This document shows positions 55,953 through 64,000 of a stretch of 64,000 nucleotides of DNA, piece after piece. The notes below the pieces were generated by a model. That model had not been told where the DNA came from, did not search any database, and saw nothing but the letters and a program-made list of their open reading frames with translations. Made by a program: the position numbers and the translations under genes. Origin of the DNA: an uncultured Desulfobacterales bacterium (GTDB lineage: Bacteria > Desulfobacterota > Desulfobaccia > Desulfobaccales > 0-14-0-80-60-11); contig CAYZOP010000005.1 of the NCBI GenBank assembly GCA_964480485.1, positions 124,793-188,792 on the forward strand, given 5' to 3'. How positions within the stretch are numbered: the first letter of the stretch is position 1; each line of letters begins with the position of its first letter.

Positions 55953-57164
55953 TCAGGCCGGCGGCTTAGGCTCCACCCGGTAGCCGGCGGCCTTGAGGCC
56001 AGCTACCACTTCCTCAGCGTGGGCGCCGCTCTTGGTCTCCAAATGGAGTTCCACCCGGGTCAGGTCCAGGGGCAGGTTCTGGGCCATGCGGTCATGAAAG
56101 AGGTGCAGGATATTGGCCTGGGTTTCCCCCACCAGGGAGGCCAGGCGGCCCAGGGACCCCGGGCGGTCTGCCAAAACCACCGTCAGGGTGAGGAGGCGTC
56201 CCCGAAGGAGGAGGGCCCGCACCAGCACCCGCTCCAGCAACGGGATGTCCATATTGCCGCCGCTCACCACCAGGACCACCCGGCGGCCCAGGTCCCGGCC
56301 CGCCAGCGGCCCCAGGAAGGCGGCGGTGGTCACCGCCCCGGCCCCTTCGGCCAGGACCTTTTTGCTCTCCAGGAGCACCAGCACCGCCTGGGCGATGTCC
56401 CCTTCACTCACGAGCACCACTTCGTCCAGATGCCGTCGCAGGACCGGAAAGGGGTGCCGCCCGATGAGGGGCACGCGGATGCCGTCCGCCAGAGTCTCCC
56501 GGGCCGGCACCGGACTGGGCTGACCCTGGTTGAGGGCCTGGACCAGGGATGGGACCTGGGCGCTTTGCACCCCCAGCACCCGGACCTCCGGCCGCAGGGC
56601 CTTCAGGGCCAGGGCCGTGCCCGCGGCCAAACCGCCGCCCCCCACCGGCAGGAGGATGGTGTCAATCCGGGGCAGGTCATCCAGGATTTCCAGGCCCAAT
56701 GTGCCCTGGCCGGCTATTACCTCCAGGTCATCATAGGGATGGATGAAGACAAAGCCCTCCGCCTCCAGGGCCTTGGCCCGCTCCAACGCCTGGGAGAGGT
56801 CGGAACCATAGAGTTCCACCCGGGCGCCATAGCCCTGGGCCGCCAGTTGCTTGGAGAGGGAGGCCCCCTCGGGCATGATGATGACGGCCTCCAGGCCCAG
56901 GGTGCCGGCGGCGAAGGCCACCGCCTGGCCGTGGTTGCCGGCCGAGGCGGCCACCACCCGGCGGCCTTCCCCCCGTTCCAGAAGCAGGCTGAGGCGATTC
57001 AGGGCCCCCCGGAGTTTAAAGGACCCGGTGGTTTGCAGGTTCTCCAGTTTGAGGTGGACTTCGCCGCCGGAGAGACGGCTCAGCGTCCGGGAATAGACCA
57101 GGGGGGTGTGCAGCGCCACCCCCTTGAGCCGCTCCCGGGCTGCCAGAAGGTCGGATACGGTCAT
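55953..57164 (-). CDS. ilvA: Threonine ammonia-lyase (PLP, C-terminal ACT domain)
   Basis: KLENLQTTGSFKLRGA; ASAGNHGQ; HPYDD; PVGGGGLAAG; ADGI; EGAGA; SGGN; ACT DRPG.L. Start set at MTVSDL. Confidence 0.9.
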   Translation of the reverse strand: MTVSDLLAARERLKGVALHTPLVYSRTLSRLSGGEVHLKLENLQTTGSFKLRGALNRLSLLLERGEGRRVVAASAGNHGQAVAFAAGTLGLEAVIIMPEGASLSKQLAAQGYGARVELYGSDLSQALERAKALEAEGFVFIHPYDDLEVIAGQGTLGLEILDDLPRIDTILLPVGGGGLAAGTALALKALRPEVRVLGVQSAQVPSLVQALNQGQPSPVPARETLADGIRVPLIGRHPFPVLRRHLDEVVLVSEGDIAQAVLVLLESKKVLAEGAGAVTTAAFLGPLAGRDLGRRVVLVVSGGNMDIPLLERVLVRALLLRGRLLTLTVVLADRPGSLGRLASLVGETQANILHLFHDRMAQNLPLDLTRVELHLETKSGAHAEEVVAGLKAAGYRVEPKPPA

Positions 57165-57330
57165 GGTGGTTGGGGATCTCGAGGAAGTGGCCACGGATGG
57201 TGCCCCAGAACCCTTTCCCGCGCCCTCCATCCCTATTTTATGGTAACAAATTCCTCATTGCGGGTGAGGAGGGAAGGGGGGAGGGCAGGGCTTCCAGACC
57301 CCCGGCCCTTCCCCACGGACTCATAGGTAC

Positions 57331-57768
57331 TTACGCCCGTTGGGTCTTGCGCCAGCCCGCGGCCTTGAGGCCCTCGACGTAGGCCAGCCACTCCTCCCGC
57401 AGGGTTTTCAGGTAGCGGGGCAGATCCTCCTTGCTGAGGGGCTGAAGACGCTGGTGCAAGGCGGCGTTCACTTCCAGGTCGTGAGGAGAGAAGCCCTGCC
57501 AGCTGAGATAGCCTTCGTCGAAAAGAAATTCCGGAGTGACCTCAGCGCGGACGCCCCGCTGTTCCAGCAGGAAACGGGCCCCTTCCAGGTCGTACTCCAT
57601 GATCCAGCCGCAGTCCTCCACCATGCAGGCCCCATCCCAGGCGACCTGGTGGCGGCATTCCGGACAGTAGAGCCCTACCAGTATCTCCGGCGTGAGGATG
57701 TTGTCATAAAAATTCAGATGAGCCGTGTGACGGCCGCACTGACAAGCGCGGCTCTGCTGCATGCACAT
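57331..57768 (-). CDS. Conserved hypothetical protein with CxCG and CxxC motifs
   Basis: 145 aa with a plausible RBS (GGAC/GAGGGGGA); C.CG, LYCPEC, GW..EYD motifs; GC3-rich codons. Confidence 0.65.
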   Translation of the reverse strand: MCMQQSRACQCGRHTAHLNFYDNILTPEILVGLYCPECRHQVAWDGACMVEDCGWIMEYDLEGARFLLEQRGVRAEVTPEFLFDEGYLSWQGFSPHDLEVNAALHQRLQPLSKEDLPRYLKTLREEWLAYVEGLKAAGWRKTQRA

Positions 57769-57876
57769 GGCGGTCCCCCTCTTGCGAAGCTTATCTGTTC
57801 TTACTAGTTTTTGGGAGAGAAGACAAGGATTCAGGGAGTTGGGGCAGGTTTGGCGCTTCGGGTCGGAGGTGCGGGC

Positions 57877-58611
57877 ATGGACGTCATGGCGGCCTTATTG
57901 GGGAAAGTGCCGGGGAGCTTTTCCCGGGAACTGGGGATCGAAGTGGCCCAAGGACCAATAGAGCGCCAGAAATGGTTTCTGGCGGCCATTCTGTTCGGGG
58001 CCCGCATTTCCGGCAGTCTGGCGGCCCGCACCTACCGGGTCTTTGCCCGAGAAGGGGTGGTGACCCCGGCGGCCATCCTGGAGACCGGCTGGGAAGGCCT
58101 GGTGGCCCTGCTGGATGCCGGCGGTTATGCCCGCTACGATTTTAAAACCGCCACCAAGCTCCTCACCATCATGGAAACCCTGACCCGGGACTATGGGGGC
58201 GACCTGGAGCGCCTGGCTGCCTGCGCCCGGGACCCGGCAGACCTGGAGGGGCGGCTCATTGCCCTGGGAAAGGGCGTGGGTCCGGCCACAGTGAATATCT
58301 TTCTCAGGGAGCTGCGGGGAGTGTGGCCCCTGGCCCAGCCGGCCTTGAGCCCTCTGGCCCGGCTGGCAGCGGAGCATCTTAATTTGCTGCCGCCCGGCCT
58401 CCATCCTTCAGCGGCCCTGGAGGAGCTCATTCGGCGCTGGCAGGCGGGGCCGGTGCCTGGCGCCTCCTTCGTGGATTTGGAGGCCGCCCTGGTGCGCCTG
58501 GGCCGGGACTATTGCCGGAAGGTCCGACCCCGTCCGTGCCCCATGGGCCAGGTGTGCGGCAGGCCTGCCGGCGGAGCGCCTGAGACCGCCCTGGGAAAGC
58601 CTGGGTCTTGA
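57877..58611 (+). CDS. HhH-GPD-superfamily DNA glycosylase-like protein
   Basis: WFLA.ILFGARIS; GYARYDFKTA; helix-hairpin-helix KGVGPATVNIFLREL; GGAGG RBS before ATG 57877. Confidence 0.7.
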   Translation: MDVMAALLGKVPGSFSRELGIEVAQGPIERQKWFLAAILFGARISGSLAARTYRVFAREGVVTPAAILETGWEGLVALLDAGGYARYDFKTATKLLTIMETLTRDYGGDLERLAACARDPADLEGRLIALGKGVGPATVNIFLRELRGVWPLAQPALSPLARLAAEHLNLLPPGLHPSAALEELIRRWQAGPVPGASFVDLEAALVRLGRDYCRKVRPRPCPMGQVCGRPAGGAPETALGKPGS

Positions 58612-58730
58612 GGGCCTCAAGTCTGGGCCCTCCGCGCTCCCCCTTCCGGCAAGCATGGGCGATGGGCAAAAAATGCCGCCCTGGCAAACCAATTATGCCA
58701 TATTAACAGTGATACCAATATGTTGAATAA

Positions 58731-58748
58731 TTGGCATCAGTTTTGCTT
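58731..58748 (+). promoter_or_regulatory. Sigma54 (-24/-12) promoter
   Basis: TTGGCATCAGTTTTGCTT with exact GG-N10-GC spacing, in an AT-rich tract about 35 nt before an AAGGAG RBS and GTG 58782. Confidence 0.8.
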
Positions 58749-58781
58749 AAGATAACGGCGACACCCTCCAAGGAGAGCACG

Positions 58782-59102
58782 GTGGAAATTTCGGGTTCTT
58801 GCACGTATGACACTTTGGGTTTGTCCGAGGCCGAATTATGGCGGTCGTCGTCGCCGACCACCGCCGGGAAGCCCCACGACCCGGCGGCAGCCACCCCGGC
58901 GGAGGATCGGCTGGAGTTGGTGAGGTCCCAAAATCTGGATTCCTTGCACCCGGAACCGGAAGATATGCAGCAGGCCCGGGAGCTTTTGGGGCAGGTGGGC
59001 CGCCTCCTGGGAGGCATGGGGAAAGCGGCATTGCGGGAGGTTTATCAGTTTGACCGCCTGCGGGAGCTGTGTTGCCGGCTGCAGGAGTCAAACGGGGTCT
59101 GA
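58782..59102 (+). CDS. Small hypothetical protein (sigma54-controlled)
   Basis: AAGGAG RBS then GTG; helical C-terminal half; first gene after the sigma54 site. Confidence 0.55.
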   Translation: MEISGSCTYDTLGLSEAELWRSSSPTTAGKPHDPAAATPAEDRLELVRSQNLDSLHPEPEDMQQARELLGQVGRLLGGMGKAALREVYQFDRLRELCCRLQESNGV

Positions 59103-59138
59103 GAGGCTTGCTGATGCCTGAAGGGTGGGATTTCCCTT

Positions 59139-59570
59139 ATGAAGATTGAAGACCTGCTCCTCCTCCCTTCTCTGGCGCCGGGACCGGTGTCATCCGGTCA
59201 CCGCCAGGGAGATTTTACCCGGTATCTGAAAGAGGCCCTGGGGGGGGGCCCATCCCCGGCAGCCGGGGGTGCCCCCAGCCTTGGCGCCCCGGGTGAGGTG
59301 ACGCCGGTGGCCCCGACTCCGGAACGTCTCTCTTCCCTGGTGGAACCTGCCCTGGACCGGCTGGAGGCCTTCGCCCGGGGGCTTGAGAATCCCGGCACCA
59401 GTCTCAGGGATCTGGCCCCCTTGGCCCGTGAACTGGAAGAGGACAGCCGACGGCTGGCAGCGTTGTCCCTGACCCACACCGGAGCCTCCCCCCTGCGCCC
59501 CCTGTTGGAGGAGGCCGCTGCCCTGGCCTATGTGGAGAGCCTGAAGTTCCAACGCGGGGATTACCTCTAG
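59139..59570 (+). CDS. Small helical hypothetical protein ending in FQRGDYL
   Basis: MKIEDL start; low-complexity linker; helical tail LLEEAAALAYVESLKFQRGDYL, resembling deltaproteobacterial hypotheticals recalled near flagellar genes. Confidence 0.65.
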   Translation: MKIEDLLLLPSLAPGPVSSGHRQGDFTRYLKEALGGGPSPAAGGAPSLGAPGEVTPVAPTPERLSSLVEPALDRLEAFARGLENPGTSLRDLAPLARELEEDSRRLAALSLTHTGASPLRPLLEEAAALAYVESLKFQRGDYL

Positions 59571-59734
59571 CGGCGACGGTGCCGTTGGGTTGGGAATGGA
59601 AGGCTTGGGCCGGGGATACCGCCTCAAAGACCGGTCTTGATTCTTCAAAACGTTCGCCTGACCGGCGGGGATTATATCCGAATAGGCGGCAGGCCGGGCC
59701 AGGCGGCTGCCAGCGGCCCGTGGCGGTGGACGCC

Positions 59735-60322
59735 TCAGGGACGGGAGAGGCCGCCCCTGGTCACCGGTGTAGGGCTTTCAGAATCGGCTTCCCGGTTAAG
59801 GGGAAAGCTCTTCTCTAATATCGGGATGCCATCCGCCAGGCGGCGAATCTCCACCCAAATCTCGCGGGGGGCAACGTCCAGCAGGGCAAAGGTGGCGGGA
59901 GCGCCCCGGTCCACCGGGCTTTTCAGGTGTCCGGGATTGAGCCACCAGCCGCTCTCCCGCTTTTCCAGGGCGGGAACATGGGTGTGGCCATAGAGCACCA
60001 GGTCAACCTCCCAAGCGGCGTCCTGGGGGTCCGGGTCTTCCGGGCGGTCGTGGCGGTGGCGGGTCTCCGTGTGGGTGAGGAGCAGCCTGACCCCGCCCAG
60101 CTCAAGGATGAGGCGGTTGGGAATGCGGGACGAGGCGTACTCCGGGCAAAAGACCCCGGGAACCCCGATGACCTCAAAGCCCTGGGCCTGCAAAAAGCCC
60201 AGGTCCCGGTAGTCATCCCCCAGGTGGAGGATGGTGGCAATTTTCATTTCCTTGAGCATTCCAGCCAACCGCTGCATTGCGCCCTGATTGCCGTGGGTGT
60301 CGCTCACCAGCGCCACCAGCAT
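59735..60322 (-). CDS. YfcE/MJ0936-type metallophosphoesterase
   Basis: VSDTHGN; HLGDD; LLTH; YGHTH.P; NPG. Start set at MLVALV. Confidence 0.88.
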   Translation of the reverse strand: MLVALVSDTHGNQGAMQRLAGMLKEMKIATILHLGDDYRDLGFLQAQGFEVIGVPGVFCPEYASSRIPNRLILELGGVRLLLTHTETRHRHDRPEDPDPQDAAWEVDLVLYGHTHVPALEKRESGWWLNPGHLKSPVDRGAPATFALLDVAPREIWVEIRRLADGIPILEKSFPLNREADSESPTPVTRGGLSRP

Positions 60323-60668
60323 GATCAGCCCTCCCTTCCTGGCCGGTCTCGGTACAAGCCGTTTTGCCGCCCGCCGCTTTTTATTATAATAGCAAAATTG
60401 ATGCCGTTGGCGCTCTGCCAAAGGCCTCCTTGGCGTCTTGCCGGGACGGGGGGCAGGCAGGTCCACCCCGTCGCCCCTCCCCCTTTCGGCGGTGGGGGAA
60501 GGCGCCGAGGCAGGTCCCCGGCCTGGATCGGACCTACCTGCACCTATGAGGGGAGCATCCTTGGGGAGGAAGTTCAGGTTGCCGGCCTGTCAGCTCCAAA
60601 CGGGCAGGCTTTTTCACGGCACTGAAGCTAGCCGCCATACGGGGACCCGGACCGGACAGGGGAGGATT

Positions 60669-61106
60669 ATGCGGGACTGCATTTTTTGCCGCATCGTGAC
60701 GGGGCGGCAGCCATGCGTCAAGGTACTGGAGACCACCGGGGTATTGGCCTTCCTGGATATTGCCCCGGTGCATTATGGGCACACCCTGGTAATTCCCAAG
60801 GAGCACTATCAGAACCTCCTGGACCTGCCCGATCCTTTGTGGCTGGAAATGGGCCAGGTGTGCCGCCGGGTGGCCCAAGCCCTGCAACAGGCCCTCCACG
60901 CCCGGGGGTTCAACGTGGGGATGAACAACTTCGACGCCGCCGGCCAGGTGGTCTATCACGCCCACCTGCACGTCATCCCCCGGTTCTTGAGCGACGGGTT
61001 GCACTTTTTCCCCCAAGGGGACTATCGGCCCGGAGACATGGAAAAGGTGGGGCGGCAGCTGCGGGAGGCGCTGGCGCGGACAACCGGAGCAGCCGAAGGG
61101 GGGTAA
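60669..61106 (+). CDS. HIT family nucleotide hydrolase
   Basis: DCIFCRIV; AFLDI.P...GHTLVIPKEH; AGQVV.HAHLHVIPR. Confidence 0.95.
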   Translation: MRDCIFCRIVTGRQPCVKVLETTGVLAFLDIAPVHYGHTLVIPKEHYQNLLDLPDPLWLEMGQVCRRVAQALQQALHARGFNVGMNNFDAAGQVVYHAHLHVIPRFLSDGLHFFPQGDYRPGDMEKVGRQLREALARTTGAAEGG

Positions 61107-61131
61107 AGTTCTCCTGGGAGCGGGCGGGAGG

Positions 61132-61983
61132 TTAACCCGCGGCCAGGGCCGCGGTCAGGCAGCCTTCCAGAAAACGGCCGGCTTCCGGATTGGCGGGCAG
61201 CGGCCGGCCGTCCAGCGCCGCCACCGGCATGAGCCCCATGAGGGAGTTGACGAGCCAGATGCCCTGGGCAGCCGCCAGGTCCTCCGGGCGCAGCGGCACC
61301 GCCGCCAGTTCCCGGCCTTGACCGGCCAACTCCCGGGCCAGAGCTGCCAGGGTCACGCCCGGCAGGGCGCTGGGCGCGGCAGGGGTGGCATAGCGGTCTT
61401 CCCGGGCTATCACCAGGTTGGTGGCGGCGCCCTCCGAGACGAGGCCGTCAGCCTCCAGCACCAGGGCCTCCCGGGCTCCCTGGTCCAGAGCGTATTGCCG
61501 GGCAGCCAGATAGAAGAGATAATTCAGGCTCTTGTGGCGGCCCAGGAAGGTGCTGCGGCGTTCCGGAAAGGTGACCAACGGCCAGCCGGCGGCGTATTCC
61601 GCCGGCGGGGGGGGCTGGTAGCGGCGGGCCAGGAGGACCAGAGTAGGCTGTCCCCCGATGGGCAGACCCGGAGCCGGGTCTCGCCCCCGGGTAAAAAGGA
61701 TTTTCACCGCCGCCAAGCCGGCCAGAAGGCCGTTGGCCGCCAGAAGCCGCTTCAGCCGGTCCTCCCAGGGCAGGTGGTCCGGAAAGGGCAGGCGGAATTC
61801 CCGGGCCGAGGCCCTCAGACGTTCCAGGTGGGGAGCCAGCAGTTGCACCCGCCCGTCTTCGGCCCGCAGGGTCTCAAAAAAGCCGTCCCCATAGAGAAAG
61901 CCCCGATCCTCCACCGACACCCCGGCCTGGGCCACGGGGATGAGCTCATCGTTGAGCCAACAGAAGGCCTGGGTGGAGTTCAT
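61132..61983 (-). CDS. pabC: Aminotransferase class IV, probable 4-amino-4-deoxychorismate lyase
   Basis: DRGFLYGDGFFETL; HLERL..SA; HKSLNY; EGA..N; LPGVT; NSL.G..PV; directly downstream of pabB. Confidence 0.8.
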   Translation of the reverse strand: MNSTQAFCWLNDELIPVAQAGVSVEDRGFLYGDGFFETLRAEDGRVQLLAPHLERLRASAREFRLPFPDHLPWEDRLKRLLAANGLLAGLAAVKILFTRGRDPAPGLPIGGQPTLVLLARRYQPPPPAEYAAGWPLVTFPERRSTFLGRHKSLNYLFYLAARQYALDQGAREALVLEADGLVSEGAATNLVIAREDRYATPAAPSALPGVTLAALARELAGQGRELAAVPLRPEDLAAAQGIWLVNSLMGLMPVAALDGRPLPANPEAGRFLEGCLTAALAAG

Positions 61984-63443
61984 GCCGGCCTGCCCTCTGA
62001 ACCACAGGGAGCCCCTGACCCGGGTATTTCCTGCTGTGGGGCTGCCTTCCCCTCCAGCAGCCGGAATAAGGTGCGCCCCTTGTGCAGGGTCTCCTCGTAT
62101 TCGGCCACCGGGTCCGAGTCATAGACCACCCCGCCGCCCACGGCAAAGTGGGCCATACCCCGGGAAACGATGGCGGTCCGGATCGCGACGTTCAGATCCA
62201 GGGTGCGGTTCAGGCCCAGATAGCCGATGGCCCCGGTATAGACGTGCCGGACGGCGGGCTCCAGTTCGTCGATGATTTCCATGGCCCGGATCTTGGGGCA
62301 GCCGGTAATGGAACCGCCGGGAAAGGCGGCCCGGAGCAGGTCCACATGGCTGCATCCGGCCGCCAGTTGCCCTACCACAATGGATACCAGGTGGTAGACA
62401 TTCTGGTAGGCCTCCAGGCGTTTGTGCTCTTTGACCTTCACCGTCCGGGGCCGGCAGACCTTGCCCAGATCGTTTCTCAAGAGGTCCACGATCATGGAAA
62501 GCTCGGCGTCGTCCTTGGGGCTGGCAGCCAGCTCCCGGCGGTTGGCCTCGTCCTCCGCCGGGTTTTGCCCCCGGGGGCGGGTTCCTTTGATGGGCCGGGT
62601 TTCCACATAATCACCCTGCCGGAAGAGAAAGCGCTCCATGGAGGTAGACAGGATCACGAAGTCACGGCAGTTGAGGTACGCAAAAAACGGGGCGGGGTTG
62701 AGCGCGAAAAGCCGGAGGAACAGCCCGTAGGGGTCGCCTGCCAGAGGGAAGGAGAACCGCTGGGAGAGGTTGACCTGATAGACGTCGCCTTGGCGGATAT
62801 ATTCCCGGATGCGCCTTACCGCGGCCAGATAGGCCCCCCGGGTGAAATTGCTGTTCAGGGACCCCACCCGGAAGTCGCCGACCAAGCGGGGGCCGGCGGG
62901 AAGCGGGGAACCTGGCGGCAGCCGCCGGCCGGACCGGTCCTCCACCACCACTTCCACCTCGGTAAACCGGCCGTCCCACCGATCGTGCACCAGGAGCCGC
63001 CGGGGAAAGGCCAGCACCATCTCCGGCAGCCCCAGGTCATCCGCCGCCGTAGTGGGCAGCCGCTCCAAGTGGTTTTTCAGGTCATAGGCGAAAAACCCCA
63101 GGCCGCCGGCGGCCAGGGGTGGCAGGGGCGGGGGCCCCGGCAGTTCCAGGGCGCCCATCAGGTCGGCAAGCACCGTAAAGGGATTGGCAGAGAGGAGGGC
63201 AGGCTCCGGGTCCAACCCCAGAGAGAGGCGGGGTCCCTTGGCCCTCACCACCAGGAACGGGTCCCAGCCCATGAGGGAGTAGCGGGCACAGTCCAGCCCG
63301 CCGCCGCTCAACAGGAGCATGGCGTACGGGCGGTGCCGCAAGGGCAGGAACAGCTCCGCCAGCCCGTCAATCCCCGGCCCGGGGGTGTACGGCCGCATGG
63401 CCAGGTCAACGATCCGTCCGAACATTGCTGAAGCATTCTCCAT
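61980..63443 (-). CDS. pabB: Aminodeoxychorismate synthase component I
   Basis: GDVYQVNLSQR; NPAPF.A; SMERF; TRPIKGTRPR; KD.AEL.MIVDLLRNDL; FPGGSITGCPKIRAMEII.ELE; R.VYTG.IG; IRT. Confidence 0.9.
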   Translation of the reverse strand: MENASAMFGRIVDLAMRPYTPGPGIDGLAELFLPLRHRPYAMLLLSGGGLDCARYSLMGWDPFLVVRAKGPRLSLGLDPEPALLSANPFTVLADLMGALELPGPPPLPPLAAGGLGFFAYDLKNHLERLPTTAADDLGLPEMVLAFPRRLLVHDRWDGRFTEVEVVVEDRSGRRLPPGSPLPAGPRLVGDFRVGSLNSNFTRGAYLAAVRRIREYIRQGDVYQVNLSQRFSFPLAGDPYGLFLRLFALNPAPFFAYLNCRDFVILSTSMERFLFRQGDYVETRPIKGTRPRGQNPAEDEANRRELAASPKDDAELSMIVDLLRNDLGKVCRPRTVKVKEHKRLEAYQNVYHLVSIVVGQLAAGCSHVDLLRAAFPGGSITGCPKIRAMEIIDELEPAVRHVYTGAIGYLGLNRTLDLNVAIRTAIVSRGMAHFAVGGGVVYDSDPVAEYEETLHKGRTLFRLLEGKAAPQQEIPGSGAPCGSEGRPA

Positions 63444-63539
63444 TTAGGAGGCCCAGGCGCCAACGGATGAGGGGCGGCTGCCGGCGGGGTGCCGGGTGCC
63501 TTCGCCCGCCATCCCGGGAGGGCGGCGCCTTCGGTCACG

Positions 63540-64000
63540 TCATCTCCCCAGGCTCAGGAAATTGGCCGCCAGCCAAGCCCCGTGGCTGGTAAGAAAAGAT
63601 TCCGGGTGAAACTGGACCCCGTGCAGGGGATAGTCCGGATGGCTGCACCCCATGATGACGCCGTCTTCGGTCCAGGCGGTGATCTCAAGCTCAGGACTTG
63701 GTGGTGCGGCCATCAGGGAATGGTAGCGGGCCGCCGGGAAAGGAGAGGGAAGCCCCTGAAAAATCCTGGTGCCCCGGTGAAAGACCTGATAGCGCTTACC
63801 GTGCACCGGCACCGGCGCCTGGGAGGTGGCTCCTCCAAAAGCTTCGTTGATGGCCTGGTGTCCCAGACAAACCCCCAGAATGGGGATGTCCCGATAGTAG
63901 CGGGCGATGACGGCCTTGCTGACGCCGGCCTGGGCCGGCGCCTTGGGGCCGGGGGAGATGCACAGCCAACGGGGTCTCAGGGCGCCCACTTCCTCCACGG
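63540..64000 (-). CDS. pabA: Glutamine amidotransferase, anthranilate/ADC synthase component II (3' part; runs off window end)
   Basis: ISPGP..P; PILGVCLGHQAI; ARYHSL; GVQFHPESFLT. Confidence 0.9.
   Translation of the reverse strand, partial: VEEVGALRPRWLCISPGPKAPAQAGVSKAVIARYYRDIPILGVCLGHQAINEAFGGATSQAPVPVHGKRYQVFHRGTRIFQGLPSPFPAARYHSLMAAPPSPELEITAWTEDGVIMGCSHPDYPLHGVQFHPESFLTSHGAWLAANFLSLGR

Noticed and set aside
1-64000. CRISPR array, rRNA, tmRNA, RNase P RNA, tRNA-Sec, IS elements or prophage genes
   Set aside because: No regularly spaced 23-50 bp repeats with unique spacers and no signature sequences or proteins were recognised. The repeats found are irregular hairpins or in-gene low-complexity tracts.

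Overview
A high-GC window whose gene content and order (mfd-surA, flgFG-flgA-flgHI, hdr/mvhD/metVF) point to a Desulfobacterota (deltaproteobacterial) chromosome. The taxon is inferred and was not searched. Left to right: (1) a sigma54-driven flagellar rod/ring operon flgF-flgG-flgA-flgH-flgI; (2) housekeeping genes mfd, surA-like and asnS, an MFS transporter, an ECF sigma/anti-sigma/Spy-like module, and tRNA-Leu(CAA); (3) a 13.7-kb minus-strand redox operon hdrC-hdrB-hdrL-mvhD-metV-metF-hdrA'-[HdrA/ferredoxin/MvhD/molybdopterin-binding-fold/GcvH-like fusion]-hdrD-like; (4) a nine-gene minus-strand envelope cassette (four uncharacterised exported proteins, Ca2+/H+ exchanger, K+-channel-like protein, RND efflux trio) ending near tRNA-His; (5) a radical SAM gene, cobamide genes cobO/cobU/cobT/cobS, an acyl-CoA dehydrogenase, frameshifted prfB, assorted enzymes, a sigma54-controlled pair of orphan genes, and pabA/pabB/pabC. 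The redox operon is the most notable part. Two of its genes (mvhD and the hdrD-like gene) are interrupted by in-frame UGA codons at conserved Cys positions, each followed by a SECIS-like hairpin, so they are very probably selenoproteins. One gene encodes an unusual multidomain fusion ending in a GcvH-like domain with Lys at the lipoylation position. The operon is preceded by a sigma54 promoter, twin TGT-N11-ACA enhancer-like sites and a roughly 330-nt apparently structured leader. No CRISPR array, integrase, transposase or rRNA was seen. All family assignments are from motif recognition by eye, and no database search was run.
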